Below the pieces are notes generated by a model. The model had not been told where the DNA came from, did not search any database, and worked only from the letters and a program-made list of their open reading frames with translations. Shown here in pieces: positions 26,467 to 34,379 of a stretch of DNA of 38,250 nucleotides. Both the position numbers and the translations under genes were made by a program. Numbering within the stretch: position 1 is the stretch's first letter; every line of letters starts with the position of its first letter. Source of the DNA: Planctomycetota bacterium (GTDB taxonomy: Bacteria; Planctomycetota; Planctomycetia; Pirellulales; UBA7805); contig JAYZMM010000010.1 of NCBI GenBank assembly GCA_036153155.1, positions 1 to 38,250 on the forward strand, in the 5' to 3' direction.

Positions 26467-27825
26467 TCAGCGTTGGATCGTTACCTTAGACCCTTGCGAA
26501 AGAATGTCATACAGATCATCTGCATCTTGCACCGAGACCCCCATTTGTCCCGGAATCGATCCCTGAGACACAGTCTCCGGCTGTTGCATTCCCGCAATGC
26601 CAATTTGCGGATCAGACGGCGGAGGACTGTTGGTTGTTCCAAATCCGGGAGTTAGTCGAATCCAAGGCTGGTTTCCACGTTCGGGATGCATTCGCGTTTT
26701 CTGGTGAACAACAAACGGTCCGACAATCGATTGGAACTCGGGGCCCATGACAAGTGGAAATCTTCCTGCATAGCGTCCACCTAACCAAAGCGTGAGTTCA
26801 TTTTTGGAACCATTTACGGTCGCGTTAAAAGGCCCGCGCACCACTTTGATTTTTTGCCCTGGCGTTAGATTCTGTGGGTTTTGAATGCCGTTGATTTTCA
26901 CCAATAGACCGGTGGGCACCCGATGTGCTTGAGCGATCTGTTGCAACGTTTCGCCTTGCCGTACGGTGTAGGCTGGTTCGATGAGGTGCTTGCGCGAATA
27001 GATCACTGAGCCAGATACTTGGTCGAGCAATTGGGTCAATTCGCTCTGTTGGGCTGGATTCAAACGGGGATCTTCATACCAGATGGAAAGGGTCAGCAAC
27101 GCGGTTGCAAGTTGCCCCTGTTCGAGTTGCATCTTTGCTGATTTCATTGCGGTCGTAAACGCAAGGTCTTGGCTGAGGTTCAATTTGTCTCCGATCGACA
27201 TTTCGGGGACTGCACCGACCGCAGCGGGAAGCGGTCCCGAAAGGCTATCCTTTGCCGAGAGGTTCCCGTCGCCGGAGGATGTAGTGGCAGTATTCGTTGT
27301 AGGTACGGTTGGCGAGGGTGATACGGTTGGAGGGGAAGTTACGATGCCGACGGGTCCGACGGACTGTTCGGTAACCGACTCGGAGGGTACGACCGTGGCG
27401 GGCTGCGGCATTGTGGATGTCGTTTGTTCATTGGCGCCAGTCATCGCCTGAACATCCGGATTTGCAGGATAGCGAGCTTGGGGCACACTCGCCGGGGGCA
27501 TCGAGACGGGCACCGGATTCGTTGATTCGGTCGATGGCATTATTGCTGAGGGTGGGGCAAAACTTGGATTACCGGGTGCATTACCGGCAGCAACGTTGTT
27601 CGCTACAGTATTTGTCGCACCCGGTTGTACGGGCATCGTCGGCTCGGTGATTTGTGGCGGTGTGACCTGAGGTATGCCATTTTCAGTTTGCATTTCTTGA
27701 CGCAGCCACTCTGGCGTTTCAGTCTGTAGGTTTTCAAATTGAAAGCCGTTATTTAGACCGACATACAGACCGTATCCGACCATTACCAGAACTGTCAGGA
27801 CAACCAATGTTTTCAACGTATTCAC
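26467..27825 (-). CDS. Membrane-anchored LysM protein with Pro/Thr linker and a degenerate YkuD (L,D-transpeptidase-like) domain
   Basis: AAGGAGG ribosome-binding site 6 nt before GTG 27825; N-terminal TM helix; P/T/S-rich linker; LysM YTVRQGETLQQIA...INGI...LTPGQKIKV; YkuD-like end DADDLYDILSQGSKVTI. Confidence 0.85.
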   Translation of the reverse strand: MNTLKTLVVLTVLVMVGYGLYVGLNNGFQFENLQTETPEWLRQEMQTENGIPQVTPPQITEPTMPVQPGATNTVANNVAAGNAPGNPSFAPPSAIMPSTESTNPVPVSMPPASVPQARYPANPDVQAMTGANEQTTSTMPQPATVVPSESVTEQSVGPVGIVTSPPTVSPSPTVPTTNTATTSSGDGNLSAKDSLSGPLPAAVGAVPEMSIGDKLNLSQDLAFTTAMKSAKMQLEQGQLATALLTLSIWYEDPRLNPAQQSELTQLLDQVSGSVIYSRKHLIEPAYTVRQGETLQQIAQAHRVPTGLLVKINGIQNPQNLTPGQKIKVVRGPFNATVNGSKNELTLWLGGRYAGRFPLVMGPEFQSIVGPFVVHQKTRMHPERGNQPWIRLTPGFGTTNSPPPSDPQIGIAGMQQPETVSQGSIPGQMGVSVQDADDLYDILSQGSKVTIQR

Positions 27826-27956
27826 ATTCGTCCTCCTTGACGAATTGTCGTATGATGCCACGCCGCTTTTTTATTCTGGCTCGGGCTGTTAAGGTGCAAA
27901 AATTCTAAGCGAGAGGCGACGTTCATAATCGTGCGACTGCAGGGAATACATCTCGG

Positions 27957-28211
27957 ATGATTGAATTTCAATACGCCGACGATTTGGGTGACGATGAGTA
28001 CCCTGATGAGGCGGACTGCTCCGATGACACGGGGGATGAATCCACGCAGACCACCTGGTGTCCGGAATGCGGCAGCGAGGTCTATGAGGACGCACCTCAG
28101 TGTCCGATATGCGGGTACTATATCACGGCTCATGATCGGTCGCGTCAAAGTTGGTGGTGGGCTGCTGTTGTCGTGTTGCTCATGATCAGCGTACTGCTTT
28201 GGCTACTATAA
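27957..28211 (+). CDS. Small zinc-ribbon protein with acidic N-terminus and C-terminal TM helix
   Basis: D/E-rich head, CPECG...CPICG, then WWWAAVVVLLMISVLLWLL. Confidence 0.85.
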   Translation: MIEFQYADDLGDDEYPDEADCSDDTGDESTQTTWCPECGSEVYEDAPQCPICGYYITAHDRSRQSWWWAAVVVLLMISVLLWLL

Positions 28212-28368
28212 CTTGACGCCAATTCAATTTATCAACCGATCAAGAGCGGGCGGCAATCATAGGAAAACTCTCACTCGACGGCTACATCAAGCTGCCGGAT
28301 AATAAAGCGGGGCAGTTGATGTCTTGCCAGCGTTGCCAGCAGGTTTTGGAAATTGCCGGAGAACGATT

Positions 28369-29772
28369 TCAGACGTTTGTTTTCGGGGAAGTGCTTGAAT
28401 CACCCTTGAATCGCAGCAATTTTTTTTTGTCGTCGGCCCACTCACTGCCACGACGGTTTTGAGAAGCTGCAATCGTATCTTGGTTGCGGCAGCTTGCTGA
28501 AGTGGTCTCTCCCGCCGAGGGCCACGTTGCTTGCCAGGTTGAAAAGCGACCGCCTTTCGCCAAAAACATCTGATCGGATTGAGATCTGTGGTTGTTTTGT
28601 CGCAGTACGACCAACTGTGGCATCGAAACCACTTTTTTGCCCGGCACCATGGTTTGCACACTTCGCGGCATCCTAATTTTTTTCCGTACTGGTACCATTT
28701 TGCATACTCGGACTGGCACTTCGCGGACGCGTTGTTCATACATCATCCTGGTGTATGTATAAGGCATTCGTCGCACTTCTTCTTCCCGGATGTAGCGACA
28801 AACGGGAATCTTAACCTGCTTCTCGACCCGTTCAATGACTTCACGACAGGTGGTGATCGGCACAACGCGGACACACTCTTCGGTTACCATTTTGCAAACG
28901 CAAACTGGCACCCGACGAATTTCCTCTTCGGTTACCCATTCGCTAATTTCTGTGGGTACCTTGATGTTGGTCACCACTTGCTCATAGGTCGTTTCGGGTA
29001 CCTCTACCGCAACTTGGTTCGCCTGCCACACTTGTTTGGAAACCATTTTGGTTTTTGGTTGTTTGACCCAAACAAAACCTGGTAGCTCATATCTCTTTTT
29101 CCCATTGGCCGGATCAACGCCCCAACCTCCGGGGGCCCATTTCAGAAAGCTGAACTGAAGCTTTCGCGGTTTTTCCACTTGTTGTGTTACATATTGTCCC
29201 TGGTCGACATACGTGGTTTTCATGCGAGTGACCGGCTGGTGTGACACTTGTGGAATTTCTTTTTCCACGGTGCGTGTGACACATCGCTGAACCTGTACCT
29301 TCTGTTCTCTGCACTCAGTTTCCATGACAGGTCGGCTGATGGTGTAGCGCTCTTCACATTCCTTGGTTTCGACAACTTGCCTTACAATATTGTAACTTCG
29401 GTCACTAATCTGAGTTTCCCAGACCGGTTTGATGGTGACACAGCGGATCTCGCGCTCGATGGTCTGCGTTTCAGGTCTTGCGATCGTGTAATGGCACGTA
29501 CGCATTTCTGTCTCCCACACCGGTTCGTAAGTTGTTATCCACTGCTCTTCAAAAAAGATATCGTTCTGTACATGGCAGGTATCGACCTGCTGCTGCTGGT
29601 AGATAATTTCGCAAGGACTGGTGGTGGGACCAACGCAGGGAATCGTGCCGAGATACTCTGCTTCCCCGAAGATCGCTTTCATGGGATTCTGATTCGCGGA
29701 GGCGGCCAAAGGAGGAAGGTTGACCACGACGATGAACACAAGAAAACGTACCCATGGAAGTTTGTACAACAT
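28369..29772 (-). CDS. Secreted Val/Thr/Glu/Cys-rich repeat protein (YTV-like, candidate planctomycete envelope protein)
   Basis: Signal peptide MLYKLPWVRFLVFIVVVNLPPLAASA; repeats such as YTIARP, YTISRP, PVWET, VPVxVCKMV with a 16-aa period. Confidence 0.8.
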   Translation of the reverse strand: MLYKLPWVRFLVFIVVVNLPPLAASANQNPMKAIFGEAEYLGTIPCVGPTTSPCEIIYQQQQVDTCHVQNDIFFEEQWITTYEPVWETEMRTCHYTIARPETQTIEREIRCVTIKPVWETQISDRSYNIVRQVVETKECEERYTISRPVMETECREQKVQVQRCVTRTVEKEIPQVSHQPVTRMKTTYVDQGQYVTQQVEKPRKLQFSFLKWAPGGWGVDPANGKKRYELPGFVWVKQPKTKMVSKQVWQANQVAVEVPETTYEQVVTNIKVPTEISEWVTEEEIRRVPVCVCKMVTEECVRVVPITTCREVIERVEKQVKIPVCRYIREEEVRRMPYTYTRMMYEQRVREVPVRVCKMVPVRKKIRMPRSVQTMVPGKKVVSMPQLVVLRQNNHRSQSDQMFLAKGGRFSTWQATWPSAGETTSASCRNQDTIAASQNRRGSEWADDKKKLLRFKGDSSTSPKTNV

Positions 29773-29989
29773 GGCATTTGTCCAAAAAACAGGAGAGGAT
29801 GCACCTTGGTTCGAGATGTTTTGCGCGGTTTGGTCGCAACACGTTTCCATCCCGCAACGGAGAAATCGGAGGCGGCTTATACATCAATTAGTGCAGATAC
29901 GAAAGATTGATTTCGTTTTTGTGATCCAAGCATGGATCGACGATGACGCGCGAGCAAGGCAATCGCTACCGATGCTAGCGGTGGGGCCA

Positions 29990-31045
29990 CTACTCACTGG
30001 AGGAACTGGCAGCGGGCACCGGATCCTGTAGAGACTGAATGGTCAATTCAGCTTCCATTTGGATTTGCGGATTTTTTTCTGTCGCTTGCAGCGTTTGAAT
30101 TGCTGGTTCGAGTGGTTGCAGATTGGTTTGAGGATTGTTTGCTCGTAATACTTGGGTTGCCCGCAGTGCGTTGAGCAGGATCCGCAACCGCTTCAATTCC
30201 CTTTCACTCGGATTTGATTCCTCAGACAAGGCCCGCTCATTGTTTGGGTCAAGCATTTCTTCTAGCGTTTCGAGACAAGCAGTGTTACCGAGGCGTGCCA
30301 GTCCAGTAGCCACATTATAGATGACATCGACGTGATGGGCCTCGGTGAGCATTTCTTCAAGGCGACTGGTCGCTTCGGGTTGTCCCGTAGCGGCAAGTGC
30401 CACCACCGCTCGCGAGGCAATTTTCCGATCATCGTTTTCGGAGTTTGCCAGAAGCAAAGCGAGTAATTCCGGAGAAACATCAGTGCCTGGCGTGTGGGTG
30501 TTCTCAACCAAAAGGGCAATCGCCTCGATTGCAGCGAGCCTAACCCGTAATTCATCGTCATCTGCATGATTTGAAGCTGCCCGAATCAAAACGGGGAGCA
30601 CGGTCTCGGGCACCAGAAATTCTCCAAGGGCCTTACAAAGAAATCCACGGCGGGCAATTTCCTGGCTTCGTGGACTGGTTCCCCCAAATCCATTTTCGCT
30701 CTTCGGTGGCAATGGTTGATCCAGCAGGTCGTTGAGAAACGCAGCAACTTCGTTGGCCAATTCCTGGTCCGTGCGATAGGTTTCATTCTGCCGGAGTTCT
30801 TCGGAGAAATTATAAGCCAGTTGCCAACTGTTCGCCTTGTTTTGTCGCATCTGTCGGACAATTTCTTCAGGCTGGGTGCCGCGATGAGCGAGCCAAGAAA
30901 ACCCGAGCCATAGCAACACGATCAGCAGCACAATCATACCGGGAATCACAAAGAGTTGGATGATAAATCCGGCAGATGGTTGTTCCACGGGAGGCAGAAC
31001 TTCGCGGTCTTGCGGGGCGTCAGCGGGTGGTGCAGGTTCGTTCAT
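29990..31045 (-). CDS. Single-TM HEAT/PBS-lyase repeat protein
   Basis: TM helix FIIQLFVIPGMIVLLIVLLWLGFSWL; helical repeats LCKALGEF, VRLAAIEAIALL, ASRAVVALAATG, IYNVATGLARLG. Confidence 0.85.
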   Translation of the reverse strand: MNEPAPPADAPQDREVLPPVEQPSAGFIIQLFVIPGMIVLLIVLLWLGFSWLAHRGTQPEEIVRQMRQNKANSWQLAYNFSEELRQNETYRTDQELANEVAAFLNDLLDQPLPPKSENGFGGTSPRSQEIARRGFLCKALGEFLVPETVLPVLIRAASNHADDDELRVRLAAIEAIALLVENTHTPGTDVSPELLALLLANSENDDRKIASRAVVALAATGQPEATSRLEEMLTEAHHVDVIYNVATGLARLGNTACLETLEEMLDPNNERALSEESNPSERELKRLRILLNALRATQVLRANNPQTNLQPLEPAIQTLQATEKNPQIQMEAELTIQSLQDPVPAASSSSE

Positions 31046-31283
31046 TAAATAACTTTAGCGCATCGGGGGGTCGGCGGGTAGGGTTGGTGATCAACTGCAC
31101 GCTGATGTAAGCAGAAATTCAAGCATCCCGCGATCTAGCTGACTCATCGACCGGCAAACTTCACATTTTTGCCATCCTGTGGATCAAACAGAGCCACGGA
31201 CGTACGATAGAGGCCTGTGGCGAGGTGCTTTTACCTCGCTGCACGCCAGTCTAGGCCCCAGGATGTGGATTGCAAGTCACGCT

Positions 31284-32006
31284 ATGAAACTGATTGAGAA
31301 AACATTTCATTCGGCGGAGGAAAACATTGCGTTTGATGAAGCCATGTTGCTCGCTGCCGAACGCGATAGTGAGGGAGGTGGATTTTTGCGCATTTGGGAG
31401 CCGGCCCAATGGTTTGTGGTAATTGGGAGGGGGTCCAGTCTTGAAACGGAAGTAGATCGGAGGCGTTGTTGTGAAGATGCCGTTCCTGTACTCCGACGGA
31501 GTAGCGGCGGTGCCGCGATCGTCGCCGGTCCCGGTTGCCTGTTTTATGCTGTCGTTCTTTCCTTAAAACAGTCTCCAGAGTTACGGTCGATTGATCGGGC
31601 GCATGCGTATGTTCTTTCGAAATTGATCGATGGACTGCGGAATATGGTCCCTGATATTGAGCGGCAAGGAACAAGTGACCTTGCAGTGGCGGGAAAAAAA
31701 GTTTCGGGCAATAGTCTACGTTGTCGAAAGGATTACTTGCTTTATCACGGAACATTGCTTTACGACATGCCGCTTGCGCCGATCACGGAATATCTGCGAT
31801 CACCACCTCGACAGCCCGAGTATCGTGAGAATCGATCCCATGCAGACTTTGTCACAAATCTGAATTTGCCGCGCGAACAAGTTGTTGAAGGGCTACTATC
31901 CGCGTGGGGATATCCGGAGCGTTTCACCGATTGGTCACATACCGACCTAGATCACCTCGTGCGAGAGAAGTATGCCACCGACGATTGGACGGCCCAAATT
32001 CCCTGA
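31284..32006 (+). CDS. Lipoate--protein ligase family (LplA/LipM-like, catalytic domain only)
   Basis: ENIAFDEAML, LRIWE, VLRRSSGGAA, SDL, KKVSGNS, LYHGTLL. Start placed at ATG 31284. Confidence 0.9.
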   Translation: MKLIEKTFHSAEENIAFDEAMLLAAERDSEGGGFLRIWEPAQWFVVIGRGSSLETEVDRRRCCEDAVPVLRRSSGGAAIVAGPGCLFYAVVLSLKQSPELRSIDRAHAYVLSKLIDGLRNMVPDIERQGTSDLAVAGKKVSGNSLRCRKDYLLYHGTLLYDMPLAPITEYLRSPPRQPEYRENRSHADFVTNLNLPREQVVEGLLSAWGYPERFTDWSHTDLDHLVREKYATDDWTAQIP

Positions 32007-32018
32007 TTCGAATCGACT

Positions 32019-34334
32019 TCAAACCAATCGCCACAATTTTCTAAGAAACCATTCGCTTCCGATCAGGCTGGTAAAAATTACCAACACATACCATTTGTCC
32101 CAGAAGCTGACGCTCACCTTGATCTTTTCTTCCATTTCTACGGGAGTAACGAGCAATTGCTCGACGAGACGATTCAATGTTTCCGGGGGGACCATCTTGC
32201 CTCCCACATCTTTGGTTTGATAAGTCATGCTCTGAAGTAGTGAGGCATCGCTCGTTGTGCCTGATAATTCCCGATCCTTGGTGTAAACAAAAAACTGTGC
32301 AGAATCACTCCGTGCGTTAGCCTCACCCTTCGTGCTCACGGTCAGCGTGTAATTTCCGAGTGTTTCGCAATCGCGAATGACACCCGAAAACTTGTCGCCG
32401 GTTCGCACCAAGGAGATCGATTCGCGGCGACCACCCGGGCCGAGGATCGACGCTTCGAGTTGTACATTTTCTGGATTACCGAATCGCTTTCTCTGGCCGG
32501 CTTCAAAGGTAATACGCTCACCGGGTGTGAATCGGCGGCGATCCAATTTGACCCAAATGTCATTGATGTTTTGTTCTTCCTTGCGTGCCAACCACAGAAC
32601 AACCTGCCTCCAGAATCGTTGATAGCTATTGCGAAACCCTTTCATTACCCATCGCCACGTGGAATCTCCGGCGAACGCTATTACCCGACCTCCCGGTTCT
32701 GCAGTGGCAAGGAGCGGATGTCCTTTACCGTCATCGGCCAGAACGCGGGCTCCAGACTTGATTCCCCGGAATCGGTTGGCCCCGGTCAAAGGGGGAAGCT
32801 GCAGCCACGCTGCGCGATTGTTTCCCGCAGAGGTAAGTTGCATGATCTCACTTTCCGCGCCCCAAGGGACGGTCGGTTGCATAACAAGTGGCCCCGGCAG
32901 ATGAAGGCTCTGATCAATCGGTGCGTCGAATTGCTGCATCACAAATCGATCAATTTGAGGATCCATTTGCACCGGACTGATTGTCGCCAGCGGTGTTCTG
33001 TGATAGCCGCCAGCTCGGAAGCTATGCCATCCTCCAAGCATCAATAGTCCCGCGCCGTCGAGAACATTTTGCCGGAGTAACTGAAGATCTCCTTGAGTCC
33101 GCTTGCTTGCATTGCCGGGGAGAAAAACGCGGGAGTCAACGTCACCGAGGATCGTCACGTCGAATGCGCCCGGCTCAAAATAAGAAGCAAGGTCGTTGCG
33201 CGGCCAACGCTGCCTGTCGCGTGGATTAAGCGTAAGTAGCGTTACGTCCATGTCAGGCGAACTTGCCAGCGCACGTCGGAGAAACCGCTGTTCGCGGCGA
33301 ATTTCACCCTCGACATAAAGAATTCGGATACCACCATCGAGTACAGTCAGCACTGCAGGTAACGCGTTATTGTCAGTGGTGATTTCTCCTGCTTGCGGTG
33401 GAACTTGTACAACGATTTTGTATTTACCGGGCTTGTCAGGAATGTAATCAAATTCAAATGGAATATCGCTGTCCTTTTCGCCTTGTGTTACCGATTGACT
33501 AGCGACCAGATCCTCACTGCCGTCCGCATCGATCAGAACCAATTCGAGTGGCAAATCTTTATTCGAGTAACCTGAGATCCGCAGAGTTCCCCGGATCGGC
33601 ACACGGTTTTTTGCAAATACGACAAAGTCATCCGGCATGGATGACACTTCGATATCTCGCACTTCTCCGCCCCCTTTGCGGTCTCCGAAAGGCACCGCAT
33701 ATAACGGGCAACCGAGGCGTTCGAGCATGCGGGCCACGCTATCGGGATCAATTTCTGTCATTCCAAGCGTCTGTTCTGCGCCATCGCCAAGAAGAATCAT
33801 ACCCAACAATCGCTTTCCATCCTCTCTTCGCAGAACGTCCTGCATGCTGACGCCGTATCCACTCTCACTCCCATCGGGAAGGGTGGAGGCTGACAAGATG
33901 CGATCCATATCAACCGGGTCTGCTTTTTTATCAAATGCATAAATGCTTACTTCAAAATCTTTTTCCTGTCGCAATCGCTCGAGTGGGCTCTTTACAGTCG
34001 ACAGTAATTTTTGCATCTGTTTCCATCGTGATTCGCCGCTTGGCGTGTCTTTTATTTGCATGCTGCGCGATTTGTCGACCAGCACCAGCAGGGTCGCCGA
34101 CTGTCTTTCACTTTCCGTTGTGATATGACTCGGGCGGAGGATTACGAATAAGAGAACAAAAATCATTGCGAAACGAAGAGCCGCCAGCACAATCTTCCGC
34201 TTCATCGGCAGCGGGGTAAACAGCAGCGATGCTGTCCAGGTTGCCAATAGCGCAACGGCAATCACGGCGAACACAAAATATGCTCCGCCGGAGAAATACT
34301 GTTCAGTAATGGGGCTAAGTCGCCAGTGCTGCAT
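32019..34334 (-). CDS. Membrane protein with vWA, Ig-like and GATase1-like (DUF1355) domains and a C-terminal TM helix
   Basis: Two N-terminal TM helices (LRF...LRP); MIDAS DKSRS; LGDG; EITTDNN; ILYVEG; GLLMLGGWHSF..GGY; DSTWRW; RFWRQ; EWFLRK. Confidence 0.85.
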   Translation of the reverse strand: MQHWRLSPITEQYFSGGAYFVFAVIAVALLATWTASLLFTPLPMKRKIVLAALRFAMIFVLLFVILRPSHITTESERQSATLLVLVDKSRSMQIKDTPSGESRWKQMQKLLSTVKSPLERLRQEKDFEVSIYAFDKKADPVDMDRILSASTLPDGSESGYGVSMQDVLRREDGKRLLGMILLGDGAEQTLGMTEIDPDSVARMLERLGCPLYAVPFGDRKGGGEVRDIEVSSMPDDFVVFAKNRVPIRGTLRISGYSNKDLPLELVLIDADGSEDLVASQSVTQGEKDSDIPFEFDYIPDKPGKYKIVVQVPPQAGEITTDNNALPAVLTVLDGGIRILYVEGEIRREQRFLRRALASSPDMDVTLLTLNPRDRQRWPRNDLASYFEPGAFDVTILGDVDSRVFLPGNASKRTQGDLQLLRQNVLDGAGLLMLGGWHSFRAGGYHRTPLATISPVQMDPQIDRFVMQQFDAPIDQSLHLPGPLVMQPTVPWGAESEIMQLTSAGNNRAAWLQLPPLTGANRFRGIKSGARVLADDGKGHPLLATAEPGGRVIAFAGDSTWRWVMKGFRNSYQRFWRQVVLWLARKEEQNINDIWVKLDRRRFTPGERITFEAGQRKRFGNPENVQLEASILGPGGRRESISLVRTGDKFSGVIRDCETLGNYTLTVSTKGEANARSDSAQFFVYTKDRELSGTTSDASLLQSMTYQTKDVGGKMVPPETLNRLVEQLLVTPVEMEEKIKVSVSFWDKWYVLVIFTSLIGSEWFLRKLWRLV

Positions 34335-34379
34335 GATCAGGTCAAAAATTATTGAACGTTATTGGTCAGGTATCATTTA

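Noticed and set aside
29248-29910. 220-aa plus-strand ORF (and 28579-29085)
   Set aside because: These are antisense shadows of the repeat protein with no recognisable motifs.
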